DNA of 63,987 nt, counting the filler, from Atractiella rhizophila (lineage: Eukaryota), in NCBI GenBank assembly GCA_021432655.1. It is 5 parts of 4 records of this genome, joined end to end, with 100 filler letters (N's around TTAATTAATTAA, not from the genome) between each part and the next. Parts side by side here need not be neighbours in the genome. Positions count along the whole stretch, not along the records: positions 1 to 30,823 come from MU271276.1; 4 more parts are not named here. One strand, 5' to 3'. The notes under the pieces are model-generated. The model did not search any database, was not told the DNA's origin, and worked only from the letters and a program-made list of their open reading frames with translations. This document shows, in pieces, positions 15,469-29,408 of the stretch. The position numbers were made by a program, and so were the translations under genes. How positions within the stretch are numbered: the stretch's first letter is position 1; each line of letters opens with the position of its first letter.

Positions 15469-16736
15469 ATGCAGTCACCACCTCCCTCATTGCCCGCAGG
15501 GGAAATACCAAGCCTATTACAGAGCTACTTCAAGGCATTTTTCAACAATCCACTGCACAGCGACGTTGTGTTCATCTTTCCAAACGACTTAGTAAGGAGC
15601 GATGAGCAAGCTTATGCCTCGAAGACTTTCTTGAGCGATCGCTGCCCACGATTTTTTGAGACCTGTAAGCTGACGATCCACTATCATTAAGCACACAACC
15701 AATGACGCTTTAGTTTCTTTGGATATGCTTACGCACTCATTCGAGAACCACAGGCCACTGTCAGTCAATTGCGCGTCTCAAAGATCTTTTTTTTGTATCC
15801 TCAGATATCTTTATACTGAGTAAGAAGAGTTCTTCAAATCTTCGGACGCAGTAACAGAGGTAGATTTCAATCAGGGTAGTCGAATTCGGCGATATTTTCT
15901 CTCACGCCATTGTCTATTCTCTCGATGAATTACCGAAACCTTTAACCTCTGAGCAATTTTTGGAGTCGTACAAGCAATGGGATGAGACACTAGAGGCTGC
16001 TGGCGAACGAAACATCTGTGATCCAGTGGAGATGTATCATCTTGCCAAAAGTGCGTTTGCGCCAGGTGTTGTTGGTTGCTGATAATGGCACAGAGCTTGG
16101 GTTGGTGGCATTGGAGGAAGTAGCATTGAGTGCAATTCCGCATTGCCTGCGTCCAGAATCCGCTTTCGACGTACTCTTTAGCCCGCCATCAATTTTGCAT
16201 AAGGAGTTGAGGTCGGAGATTGTGAAGTATATCATGGTGAATTGGGTACGCTAACACTTTCATCTGGAAGATTGATCATGACAGTAACAGAATTGCAGCG
16301 AGACGTCGTGCAAAGCCCTGCGTACCTTTATAAGGAACTCAATACTCTTCCTTACTTAACAAGGTATCACTCAGTCATTCCGAACGACTACTCGATGTCT
16401 TCGTCCCAACAGCACGCTGGTGTCGTCGAGATAAATGCTCTCTTGGCCCACAACCTTTTGCCCAATTGGCTAGGCCCTGAAAATCCCCATGTGAACACAG
16501 AAGGTAACATGCCAGCTACTACAAGTGTGATTCCAACTGCCATTGTTGGTGAAGCTTTCAGTGAAGCTGGAATCGGGCCTGCGCGATGTCATCGAACGCC
16601 TCTACGTTCATATAGCTTCGAGGAGTCTGCTGCGGGGCCGCTGGTTGAAGAAAAGCTCGAAGTCGTGGATGAGTTCCACTCATTGGGTGGGAAAAAGAAG
16701 AAGAAGCGGCTGCAATCTTGTGAAATTGGGTACTAA
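15469..16736 (+). CDS. Putative BTB/POZ-domain protein; exon structure uncertain
   Basis: FNNPLHSDVVFIF...YASKTFLSDRCPRFFET resembles a fungal BTB N-terminus. Downstream fragments are flanked by GT-AG sites. Confidence 0.45.
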
Positions 16737-16753
16737 AATTGATCAAAATGTAT

Positions 16754-18302
16754 CTATCTGCCATCTCTACGCTTCCTAGTCTCCTCCAACCTTCTCCCAA
16801 CCTCCTCCACTCTGCCTTCCAATGCCTCCAAATTGCCTTTAATGCGTTCTTCATTCTCCCGTAAACTTCCCTCCAACACACCTAAAACCTCCCTAACGCC
16901 TTTCTCACTCTCACCCAACCTCTCAGCTTCCTCCTTCAAGCTACCCACCATTTGAGAGAACGCTGAAGCGCTTTGATGCAAAGTCGCCAGCGAGCGTAAA
17001 CGAGTGAGGAGACGGGGAACAAGGGGAAGAAGAGGTTCCAGGCGAGGTTGCAGCGCAAAGAGCGTATCTATTTTGGCCAATGTGTCGGGAGGGATGTTGA
17101 CCGCCGCTCCGTTCGTGTTTGGGTTCGTGGGCGGCGCGGCGCCTTCTCGGGCATCGCCAGAGGACACAACTGTTATTCCTGATGGTAGGGCAATGTTTAT
17201 GGGCCGTGTATCTCCCAAACGCTTCCGAGATTCATGCAGGCGCTCTAAATCGGAGACGAGGACTTTGACACGGCGGGAGATCGAATCAAGATGGCGCGGT
17301 TGGGTGAGTAGCGTGAGGAGATGGTCGAGGCGGGCGAGGGTTGAGAGGAGTGGTGGAGGGAGTGGATGTGACTACAATATTTCATTACTCTATGCATCAG
17401 GAGTGGAATTCAGCGTACCTCGTCTACCTCTGCTTCATTTGCCCCGATGAAACGTTCTAATTCTTGAAGCCTCTCCTCCAGCTTCCCGACATCCATCACT
17501 GGTACTTTGAGCTTCATATCCTTTCCGTGTTCTCCCTCTGCAATAACGCCATTCTCTTTCTTTGTCGGTGCATACAGCTGACTGAGCAGTTGTCGTCCAA
17601 GGAGCTGATGCTGTTTAGAGAGAGCTTCGTCGTCGCCTTCCCCCGAGCCCTCAAATTTCTCCTCCATCCGATTCAAATTGCCTCTCATTCCCTTGATCTC
17701 CTTTAACAGTCGCTCAGCAGGTACCCCTTTCCCCTTCCGCCTCTTGACGCGCGCATTGACGACATCCCGGTCTTCCTCTTCTTCTGTAGTCGATTCTTCA
17801 TCTGCTGCACTCTTCTGAGCCGCTTCTTCACGCTTCAAATCGATCTCTAGCTCCTCGAGCTCCAAACGAAGGCGTCTGAACTTATCAAACGTCGTTTCTG
17901 GCTCCGCTTCATCCTCCTTCAAAGGGCTACGGCGAGAATCTCTTGAGGAAGAGTAACCGGGGCGTGTGCGTGGATGGAGGGTGTACGTTGAGGTTGAAGG
18001 AAGAGGTGAAACATCTACGTTGCAACACAACCTTCAACCTGCAAGCAAAGCCATAACAGGAACAAGTGCGTACCTCTGTCATCAAAGAGCTTCCTTGAGC
18101 TCCTCACATCAATTTTTGTTCGCTCGATAGTTCCCTCAGTCCCGTTCTCTACGTTTCTGGCTGCAGCTGGCGTGAAAGAAGGCTGGACCAGTTCGCTCTC
18201 TGAATCTGAATCCCTCGTACGTGCTTGCTCATCTGGGATATCTGCCGTCTCATAAATGTCCTGACCCAAGTCAATGTCTGGTAAAGACGCCCATTTGCTC
18301 AT
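16754..18302 (-). CDS. Dynactin subunit 2 (dynamitin/p50), multi-exon
   Basis: MSKWASLPDIDLGQDIYETADIP N-terminus, ETTFDKFRRLRLELEEL, LEERLQELERFIG, LPLVPRLLTRLRSLATLH and a C-terminal coiled coil. Confidence 0.85.
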
Positions 18303-18470
18303 TCTGCTTGATGTAACTGACGGCTGGTCATGGAGTCACATGACAATGAATTTAGATGGAGCCCAAACTGGGGCAATCAACCCGATCAAGTTCGAAGGAG
18401 CAACGAAAACGAATCAGAGAAATCAGCAGGTTTATCAGTTACTCGAGTTGTACAAAATCAAAGAGCAGAA

Positions 18471-21432
18471 ATGTCAAGGCATAGACTTGTAAAGAATATT
18501 GTAGCGGATGGTCCGTTTCTCTTAACGTTTCTGGCATTCAAGCTGATGACCATCCAGCGATGGATGATTATGACGATTACGATGAGGAGCCAGAACCAGC
18601 GTCTGATATGGACCTGGCACAGCTAGAATCTTCCTACCTCTCAGTCTCCAATATGCTTCCTCAGGATAGGCTTGTCACGATGAAAGAGATCAAAGATCGG
18701 TTGTGGGACTCATACTTCGATGTGGAACGTACGACGAACTGGGCATTGCAAGAAGAGAGCAAGAGGAGAGATAAATTGACTAAAAAAGGTTTGTGTTTCC
18801 CTTCTGAGCTTGAATGCGCAAGGTTCAGGGGCTTCTCTTCCTTCAAGACGACGATCACGAAGCAATGGGAGACGATCAGCCAATCTCTGCATTACAAGCT
18901 CTCTCCATTTCCAGACGGAAGGTTACAACCGCTACTTCGGGTAAACAAGTGAGCAAAGTGGCAGAAACACAAGGCACGATGCTGGATGCAAGTCCTGTTG
19001 GTGGGAAGAAGCTGTCGAAACTTCAACTGAAGATGCTTGCTTCGAAGAAGAAAGTGAACGTCGACACTCTTCCGGCAGCATCTCCGGCCTCTGGCGTTCA
19101 TATTGCTCCAGAAGAAACTGCCGAGGCTCCATTCCCACCGCTACCACCAGCTATGTTTCAGGTCTCTTCCCATGTTTGCGCCTGTGGATCCTCCTTTGCG
19201 AACACGATTAAACCTGGCTTCAACGTCTCTTCCATCCATCGTACCATTCCATCACTTGTTTCCTCTGTCCACCATACTGCGTTTGAAGGCCCTAGCCCAG
19301 ACGCTCGTATCCTCTCCGCTCGGAGCGGCACGAAGTTATCTGTTGCTTCCAAGCACTAGGGGGCTCTTTCCAACTCCCTCTCTTGTCGATTTGAAGGAAG
19401 AAGACTGGGTGGCTCTCGCATCTGAGGAAGAGAAGCCTTTGACTATTAACTTGTTTTGCTTTGGCACAGCTTCAGCTGCTGGCACTTTAACACCGAAATC
19501 GAAAGCGTCTCTTTCAAGGCAAGCGACGGGTTCGGGGTCGAATACTCCAAGAAAGAATGAAACGCCAACCATGTCTAGGACAAATAGCGGGATTGTTGAC
19601 GTATCCAAGATTAGGGAAGGAGTGGAAGGATTGAGCTTGAGTGAGCCAGTGACACCAACGAAGGCTCAGATCAGCAAAGAGAAAGTTTTGGATATTTTAC
19701 GAGGCGAGGGGCAAAATGGGAAGAAAATTTTGAGTTTAATAGTAGTTGGTTCGTCCACCTCCTCGCTTTACTGTTTGGAATAAAGGTGTTGCCAGGACAT
19801 GTTGATGCTGGAAAGAGTACCTTGTTGGGGAGAATACTGGCTGAGAGTGGGGAGTTGAGTGAAAGGGAGAAGGAGCAGAACGCTCGCCAAAGCGAGAAGA
19901 TGGGTAAAGGTAGCTTTCATTTGGCATGGGCTTTGGACGCGGATAAGGAGGAAAGGGAACGGTCCGTATTCCTGTCGTCACCAACTTAGTGCTAAAACTG
20001 AAACAGTGGGGTCACCATCAACATCGCCTTATCTTCCTTTTCAACCCCTTCACGCACCTTTACCCTCATCGATGCTCCTGGACATGCCGATTTTGTCCCA
20101 AACATGATCTCTGGAGCGTCGCAAGCAGATGTGTCGGTCTTGGTTGTGGATGCTAGCACGGGGAGCTTCGAGAAAGGGTTTGAAGGAGGTGGGCAGACGA
20201 GAGAGCACGCCCAGCTTGTGAGAAGTTTGGGCGTAAAGGAGTGCATCGTCGCGGTAAACAAAATGGACACTGTGAGTACTATCTGCTCCTGGGTTTGACT
20301 TTTGCTGACATTGGGTCGGCAGGTTGGCTGGAGCCAGGAGCGCTTTGAGGAGATAAAGGACAAACTGGAACCTTTTCTTATCGGATGCGGATACCAGAAA
20401 GACAAGCTAGATTTTATACCGGTAGATGCTTTCACAGGAGAGAATGTCATGTCACGCTCAAAAGACACAGCGCCGTGGTACCAAGGATCGACATTGGTGG
20501 ACAATCTTGGTGAGTCTGTCGCTGATCGCACTGGTTGATTGAGACTGAGGAAGAGAGTCAGACAAAATGACTGTTCCTCCTCGACCTTACGATGCACCAC
20601 TTCGTCTTCCAGCTTCGAACGTTTTCAAGGGTGGGCAGGGATCAGCGAGCTCTGGAATCGGAGTCAGCGGCAGGGTCGAGAGCGGCATCCTCATCGTCGG
20701 TTCGAAGGTGAAGGTCATGCCAGCTGACGAACTGGCTGTCGTGCGCTGTGCGTCTTCTTCTGCAGACTTAAAAAGCTGGCTTCCTGATGATTGAGAAGCT
20801 ATCGAGACGGACGGCGGCCTCGTTCAATGGGCAGCTGCTGGAACTAATGTATCCGCTTTTTTGAGCGGTATCGATCAAGTTTATTTGAGGTCAGTCATAA
20901 GTCTTCCTGGAAGCACACTTTGATCGGTCCTTGTGATGTGAAGCTCTGGATCCGTACTTTGCGAAGAGACGAACGTAATCCCACTAGCATCTACTTTTGA
21001 AGCTCAAATTGTTGTGTTCGATCTGAAGTACCCCCTCACTATTGGAGCTCAAGTAAGGCTCTATCTGCACTGTCTTACAGATGGGCTTATGGCGGAGTAG
21101 GTTGAGCTGTTCCATCATAGTCGAGACATTCCAGCGACTATCACGAAGCTCGAAGCGATTTTAGACCGCCAGACAGGTGCGGTAGTGAAGAAAAATCCAA
21201 GGTTGGTCGCTGCCCTCATCTACAAACAGATGGCTCAATTAAAAACAAGAAGGTAACCAAAAGAACCACAACAAAAGGGGGGGGCAAAGGAACGAACCAA
21301 GCCCCGGCCAAAAACCAAAAAAATTCAAAAACCCTGGAAACCGTCAACCGCAAAAAAAAGAAGGGGAGATTGCTGTTTAGACGCTCGGGGGAATCCGTCG
21401 CTGCCGGAATCGTGCTTAACATCCTTTCTTAG
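18471..21432 (+). CDS. HBS1: HBS1 translational GTPase (EF1A-like), multi-exon; predicted alternative Ski7-like isoform ends at 19359
   Basis: [13 protein letters not shown]1_N-like [75 protein letters not shown] and C-terminal GESVAAGIV. Confidence 0.92.
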
Positions 21433-22005
21433 AGTTTGTCTTGAGCTTGTTCAGCATGTATTAGAAGTAGTTTGGAAATTCGTCTCGGCCTGTCCCGCAT
21501 ATGTCATAGACCAGAATTAACACTGGTCATTATCCCTGAATCGCAGAAGCACACGATGAACTTCACAATTTGCCTGCTGTCAAGATACATTGGGCTTTGA
21601 CCAAGATTTCGGGAGTGAAGTTAGGTTAAGAATAAGGAGAATAAGGTCAGCTGATACCACGTGGGCGACCCTTCGCGATACAAGCATAAACAATAAACAA
21701 AGACGCCCTTCAACGGCGAAGGAGCTTCTTCAACAGCTCACCACCAACGACGAATGTTTCCCAGCCTCTCATGCGAATCACAAAGGCCTAACGTATTCAC
21801 TCTCCCTACTCCTTGCCATACACACTCTCCGCCATACCCTAACACCACCACCACGCCCATTTCGCATAGATCACTTGTTTACCCTTGTCCTTGTTCGCAG
21901 TACCCAAAAAAGTCCCCAGCCTGTGAGCCGTCCTTGTCCTTTACTCCTTCTCTTGACGCTTTAAAACAGCTATCGCAAGGGACTTATCGCTCCAGTCCAG
22001 CTACC

Positions 22006-24513
22006 ATGGATCGCTCAAGCGCAAGCCGCGCTTTTGACGATCTCATGGATTCCTTCGATGCTCAAGCATGTTATGATTCTACGAGTATCGATGGAATTTC
22101 GAATAATGCCAACGTCCAGCTCCAATCTCGGGATCCGGACGCCATGATTATCGATATAGATCCTCCCTCTCTCCCTCCCCAATTAACACCACCTAGACCT
22201 CGCAGACCAAGAAGGATCGAATCGGAAGCGATGGATATCGATTTCACTCGTCCTTCACTCTTGTTTCCTTCCCATCTCCCTTTCACAGCTCCAGCCCTTG
22301 TCCGGCCGCGTCAGGTCGATTCTGAAGATATGCAAATCGATCAGGAACCACAGGCTTCAACATCCGCCGTCACAATTCCATCTCCTCCTCCTCAGGCTCG
22401 AATCTCAAATGCTAGTTCTGCGATAGATTTTTCGAGCACAACGTTTGGATTTGGATTTGATCTCCCTCTTTCTCCCTCTCCTCTAAACGAGTTCGCCGTG
22501 CGGAGACAAGGTGCTGGTCCCTCTCGGACACCTCGAAGAACAGGCGGTGCACCGGCATCAACAACGATTCTCAATTCAAGACATGTCCCTTCGCCATACG
22601 CTACCTCCCGTCCGACTCCCCGTCACCTTCCTGCACGGTCTAGTCCTACTACCGGAGTGGAACGAGCTAGGAGGGCAACAGCTCCGAATCCCATGACTGC
22701 TTATCAGCTGTCGTTACAACCGGGAACGTGGGAGCAGCAGGACTTCAGACTGAAGATGGGGTTCAAGTTTCCGCGAGCAATAGAGAAGGAGGTTCCCCCG
22801 CAATGGCTCAAGTGGGGCCCGCCAGCGGCTTTTTACGAAGGGGAAACTATGGATGTCGGGTTCGATCTGAAAGTTTTTAACAAAAATGGCCTGCAGAGCG
22901 ACATTCTCGATAGTGTGCAGATTGGCTTTACTAGCCTGTTAGAACTTTTTGATGATAACGGCCAATCGATTGGCTCTCGAATAATTTTCGATATGGCTTT
23001 ACGTGCGCCACTTTCTTTATTTCATTCAGTCCCAGATTGCTAACGGTTTATTGACCAGCGACCAACGCAGTCAAGGAGTGGAAGGCCGAGCATACCCGAA
23101 GAAATTTGCAACAACGGAATGAGCGACCTCACGAACCTGAACGACTTCCTCACGGCACCTACACATGGAGATTCAGCCTCAAAGTCGGTCACAATAGTGC
23201 TCGCATGAACCACGTATTAATACCATCCCATAAAACCGCTCATTACAAGATATCGCACAAGGTGCGTAACTCTGCCCCCTTTTTCAACTCTTCAGCGGTT
23301 GAGTGTGTATGAATAGGTTTCCGTTGCATTGATCTCTTCCCGGCCAGCCGCAGCTCAAGGTTATCCTGCCATCATCTCCTGCACAGAGTTGGATTATCAC
23401 ATCCTCCCTTGCATGGCACCCGACACTCGTTCTCCACGATTAGCTAAGATCGAGCATCGGATGCCAGCTGCAACGAAAAGGCAGGCAAACGTAATGCGGG
23501 ACCGTCGTTGGAACCACTTCACCATCTCTCCCCAGCTAGAAACGCTCACATTCTCTCCTGCCGGTCGATCCAAGGTACCAATCAATCTGAAGATTGAATT
23601 CTCTTCCGGAGACCCACACGATATCTTCATTCGCCTCTCACTCGTCAAAAGAGTTTATATGCGGCGAAATCGGACCACTTCATTGGAGGAAGAAATGATG
23701 GATATCGTCGAGCCCGCCATTCCTACTGGGGATGTTGAGCAGCAGGAGCAAGGTTGGGTGGATCATATGAAAGAGGAGACTGAAGTTGTTTCTCGGTGGA
23801 CGTGGATGAATCTTCAGCGGAAGAACCTATACGACTCCTATACGACTTCCTTCAAGGATATCTGGCTCCCTTTTGTCCCCGATGTCGCTCCATGGACATG
23901 GACTCATGGGTATACCACCCGTCTCGACTTGGAGCCGCATCATGTACCCTCCAAAGCAGTCGGCGCCTCCTCCTGGTTCTCCCCATCATTCCAATCCGCT
24001 ACCCTCCTCGATGCAGATTACTCCGAGCACACTCACTGTTCCACCAGATTCTTCCTCCTCATCACCGCAGGTTTCGCCTCCCAACCCCTCCAGACAATAT
24101 TTGAAAACATCTCCTACCTCAACCCAGACATACACATTCCTAAAGCCTTCGAATGGACGGATGCTTGCGCGCCGACGTTGTCAAATATCAACGGAGCATC
24201 GCTGACAGATCCCTTCTCTCCCATCCCTCCCAACCCCAAAGTCCCAAGCTATCACACTCGTCCCTCCTTTCCCGGAGAAATGCGTACGACGCAACAGGAG
24301 CTCCTGATAAGTAGTGTGAGCGAGCCAAACCTCGCGGTGGTAGTGGATAGGATGCCAGACAGTGCGAGGAGGCAACAAGACGAGTTCCTCACGTTGGGCG
24401 AAGATGAGGATCTCTGGAGGCGGCCGCCGCCAGACTATCAGACGGCATTGAGAAGTGAGCCACAAAATGAGGTCGTCCCAGTGGCGAGGGCGATTGAGGT
24501 GCGTCAGGAGTGA
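22006..24513 (+). CDS. Hypothetical protein, possibly alpha-arrestin-like, with a disordered N-terminus, multi-exon
   Basis: Long ORFs joined by short GT-AG introns near 23003-23058 and 23262-23316. LPHGTYTWRFSL...IPSH..AHYKISHK resembles the arrestin N-domain, and there is a C-terminal PPPDY (PPxY) motif. The start could be upstream at 21754. Confidence 0.5.
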
Positions 24514-25994
24514 CACACTTTCTGTTGTCGTTGGATCTGCATCGTTCTTCCCCATCCTCCCACTACATTCTACCCTCAGCATATCTCAGTTGCAGCTGTG
24601 CCTGTCCTCTGTAATCTCCTACCGCTTATCCTTTCTCTCCCTGTTCATTGTTCTCGGTTCAACAATACTCCTCTTCTGGAGGCATACTCGTTATTTCAGC
24701 AATGTAAGTAAATAAGTCAGCGAATGATTTTCTTGTCTTTGTTGTTATTGCCTACCTTCTTTGTCTCGGATGATTGTGGTGGTGTGAAGTGGTGTGCTCA
24801 AGTGGTTAAGTTCAAGAAATACCATCAGTTGCAGTCGCAGGATTCCCATTTATATTTCAGTTTCACTCCAAATCGTTCAATAAGTTACTTCACTTCTTCA
24901 CTACTGTCCTCATTAAGTATTGGAATTGATTAAGTTGGAGTTCTTGAAATTGCAATCAAACGATATCGCTCATCTTCTCTGCACCTGCTGAACACCTCCA
25001 CGCTTCTCTGCACGCTTTTGCAGCTTCTGTTGTCTCCTACTAGTCGACCATTCCCCTTCATCCCCTCCAGCTTCAGAAGAGCGTAAGGAAGGGATGAAAT
25101 TGGACACGAAGGGGAACAAAAGAGAGGCTATCCGATAGAAGGCGTAGGCTGGGATCTACCACAAAGTATCACACACAACGTCATTGAAGGGATGAGGGAG
25201 GGACGCACAGCGAGGTAAATCCACCAAAAGCCTCGCCAGAGAGGTGTTGTGGAGTGGACAAACCACGTCACGTATATCACGTCCTGTATCAATTCCCATC
25301 ATTCAAGGCCAGGCCTTGAAAATGAAGGAGAAACCTACAAAGAAGTACCTTTGCACGGCAGCAATCAGCTAACGCAAATGAGACAGAGGGGAGGACTTCA
25401 AGCAAACGGACGATATGAATCCTGTATGTGTGTTTATGTCCACTCCAGAATTAGGGGCTCCCATCTTCTCCAACTGTTGCCAGAGCAGCAGAGCGAGGAT
25501 TTCAGTAACAATGTAGAATCCGAGGTATCTTGTGGAAAATTTCCGGAACACGTATTGCAGCAAATGCAAGAGCTAACAGAGATATTAGAGAGCTTTACAA
25601 TACGGCTGAGAGGACGATTGGCTAACATTTGAGGCTATAAAGCCTAGGCGAAGCATTTTGAGTGTCTGAGCATTGCTTGCGCTGATTCTTTTGTTCGCTT
25701 CAGGGGCATCGTTAGGCAACACTCCAAGTCAAGTACTAGTGCTCACCTTGTCCTGCCATTATTGTCTCGTCCAAGCCTGCGTGCCCTTAACTATTGTAGT
25801 TGCCTTCTGGCGGCCGGAGATGCCAATGTGTGACGTGACAAAGATAATTTTTGGTCTCATTGTTTTGAGCAACTTAATGGCAGAACATCGAATGAAGAAA
25901 TCATAACCATCCATTAGGTACTGTATGGCAAGTAGATCATAGCATAACATAAAACAGATTGTCCATATCCCCAGGTTTCCTTCAGAGTCTCACT

Positions 25995-28900
25995 TTACTT
26001 GCGACCGCGAGCACAGAGTCGTCCGATTCGGAAGAGAGTCTCGCCGCAGAGGTACCAAAGGAATCCTAAAAATCGAACGGCTGACAGGCCGAAAGTTCTG
26101 TGTGCATTGTTCAGCTTCAGCTCTGAAAGAAATACGGAGCTGCCTACATCCACAATATAGCTTGGAAGTAGATGGTCTGGCTGCCTTTACCAAGACGGCC
26201 AATTACGACACCGAGGATCGTGTTGGTGAAGAGCCAAACGCTAATGAGACGTGTTCCTATGTCGACATACATAAGTTTTCTGACACGTTATGGTTATTGA
26301 GATAATTGAACTTACGGAATGTCTTGTTCTGGTCGTCTATGTTGGGTTCTTCGATGGTCTCCTCTTCCTTGAACGGAGCAATAGCTCTGAGCACGGTAGC
26401 CTTGAACGCATTATCGATATCTTCTTGGTTCTTTGCCACATCTTCTACGACCATCTCCCCGCCCTCCTTCTTGTCCTTCTTCGTGGTAACGGATGGAAGG
26501 GCATCAGCTATCCAAGAGGTCAGCATCGGGATATACGTAAGACTATGAATGCACCTTTATCAGATCCTTTAGTACCCCAGGAGACGTCGTGCAAGTTACA
26601 GAAAGCATAGACGTTCAAGATGTTGGTGAAAGAAGGGGCAATGAGGAGGTAAGGAGGGAGCGAGGTGAAGATGTGCCATGGATCGAGAGCCAGGAAACTC
26701 GAGATAATGTAGACACCGAAAGTACCAAGGAGACCAGCGAAGATGGGACCGTATGTACTGCCAAGGTAAACATTGACAACGCTTCCGTTGTTTTGGTCGA
26801 GAAGGGTACCAATGGGACAGAATGCCTTGACGGTGAGGAGGATGGTGTTGGCGATGAGATAGAGAGAAAGTCCGGCAAAGATCCAAAAGCAGGTAGCATA
26901 TACGCTGAGAACAGTGTCAACTCCAGCTGTGTTAGTACTGGTAAATGGTCAACTTACAATCGCTCTCCTTTCGGTCTGTTTCCGAGAGCAAGAATGACCT
27001 GTAAAGAGACAGTTGAGAGATACAATACTTCGAGACCCCAACTACAACCAACTGTCAAGTTGCAACTTGTCGGTTTAGGGAGAAACCTACTTCACGTTGC
27101 AAAGCCAGCAGTGTTTCTCGCCTTCCAAGAAGCTTCCCTTCCAGCAATTGATGGTAGCCTGTTCGCCCTGAATATCATCCGGTTTCCACAAGTTCTGCGC
27201 AACAATTTCGATGATGATGGAGAAGGTGAGCCAAAAGTTTCCAATTGCGAACCAAGACATGATGAGGGTCACTAGATTGTAGATCGCTTGGACATGGAAG
27301 AAAATCATTCGAGTGATGCCGTGTCCTGATTTATACAATCGAGGGAACCTACAACCCAAATCGGATACTGTTGTTTCGCGAAGCAAATAGGCACGTACCT
27401 GACGAGGGAGTAGATAGAAGCAGCGAAAGAGCCATTCAGCCACCTTCTTCTCTGTCCAATCAACTCCGCTGCCGCCTCAGGTACGTCGGTTTCTGCCTTC
27501 GAGGGCTTGACGTATCCTAGAACCCAGCGCTCGTTCGCTTTCGCGACCAGCTCGAAACAAAGAATACGATCCTCAGCCAAGAACATGTTCTTCTTGAAGA
27601 TTCCCATTCCTAGAACACCTTTCTTGCCAAGGCGGGCAGCGAGAGTGTGATCACCGTGGAAATATTGTTCCAGAGGACGTCCTTGGATAGCCCGATAACG
27701 GTAGGCAGAGAAGGCTCCCGGAAGCACAGAGACGTAACCGAAAGAATGCTCGGTTGGCTTGTCGAGGATGTTTGACATCTTGTATTCGAAGTTCTGAGCG
27801 GCAACCAGGGGGTTCAGCAGCTTCTTTCCTTTGTCGAGTTGGGCAGTGATCTCTCCACAAGCGCCGCCCAGGTTTTTATTGTGATACATCGCTTCCCACC
27901 TATATTTCCATAAGCAGTCTAGTAAAGGGAAGGGAAGAATGGCATACAAATAGTACAGCGACCGTCCACCAGGTTTAGTACCAGCATCGATGAGGATGCA
28001 CACTTCGGGCTGTCCAACAATTATGGTAAGCATACTAATGGTGAAGAAAATAGGAGCCAGCGCACATCGAGCTGTCTGCCAACAGCATTGAAGAGCCAAC
28101 GATGTGAGTTGATTTTCTTGGTGTTTTTCTGCTTCAAACAAAGGATCAACTGCACTGGACACAGGTTGTTCGGATCTCCGGCTTGAGGTTGAATGAGCTC
28201 TGGCTTGGGTGAGACGGAGAGTTGGGTCGTGTACTGCATCCATGCAAGGTTACTGCCATTCCAGCACCATTGAGAAGGACTAACCTCAAACAAATGGGCC
28301 ACAGTCTCCTTGTCATCCACCATACCTCTCAGCACACCATCTTGATATAAGCCAATGGTAGCTAAAAGATCGAGAGCTGTGGTATTCGCTGGTTCGATAC
28401 CGTCGAAAACGAAGCAAACGACAATCCTCTTCCATGCCTGACCCTCTCCTGCCTCTCCGTCATCCTTTTCAGCCATTTTCCTGAACTCCGACCATCTGCT
28501 CTTCACAATATCTCTGATGTTCAACATGACGCCATGAAGGGTTCTGGCGACGAGAACCTTGTCTTCATTGTAATACGTGATGGCGATCAGGAGGTCGGTT
28601 TTACGATTAAACGCCTTCTGACGGAGTGTGTAACCAATATCGGGGGAGAAATCATCAGGGTCACAGGTCGCAGCCGTGTACCTCATATGGGTAAACTCGG
28701 TCCCATACGATTCTATTCCCGCCTGAGAGTCAATAGGCTATGCTTGAGAAAGGGCAAAACGAACGCGATCCGTAGGATGTTCCCATGTTCACATTCCTGA
28801 TGGGAGTAGGCACGGCATGTTCGGTGACGTAGGTTCCGTGAGAAGAAAGCTTGACCTTGACCGTCTTCATTCGCTTTGGGTTCACCTGTTGACGTTTTCT

Positions 28901-29408
28901 CCATGCCTGCGAACAAACCACTTTCACTTTTATGTTTTGATAGATTAAAAAGAATCACACCTCAGCTGAGGTCTGTTGGCGGTGCAGGGAGACTTCTGAA
29001 GGGGCGTACGAGGAGAATCGAGGTGTCTCAAAGCTGGCATTCTTCATATAGGGGCTGCTGGATCCGCCCAACGTGCTAGTTGAATCGTTTCCGAGGGTAG
29101 GGGGGTAATGAGGGTGCCTTTGCCCAAACAATACATCACAGACTATCCCAGAGCCATTGTGTGGAGAGCAAAACATACGCGAAGTCGTCCTTTAGTGGCC
29201 TACTCTCCTCCTCGTCGACAATATCGTACTCCTGGTCAGTCGTGCCTGCATTGCCGGGCCTCATCATCCCATAAACTGTGTCTCCCATTCCATAGGCCTG
29301 ACTCTGCCGAGGAGGGCTCCCAAATCGGACAGGGGGTATCCTCGGCGCAGAGGCGTCACGGTCATCGTCAGGGTCGAATGTCGCTGCTTGCTGATATGGA
29401 GAAGACAT
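25995..29408 (-). CDS. Chitin synthase (division 1, class I-III type), multi-exon
   Basis: [81 protein letters not shown] and HDVSWGTKG. Confidence 0.96.

Noticed and set aside
21236..21372. A-rich disrupted stretch in the last HBS1 exons, suggesting pseudogenisation or an insertion
   Set aside because: It looks like low-quality sequence (homopolymer runs), and the flanking exons are intact. Reads are needed to settle it.
24790..24860. tRNA A-box-like gctcaagtggttaag
   Set aside because: There is no correctly spaced T-loop/B-box and no cloverleaf pairing.
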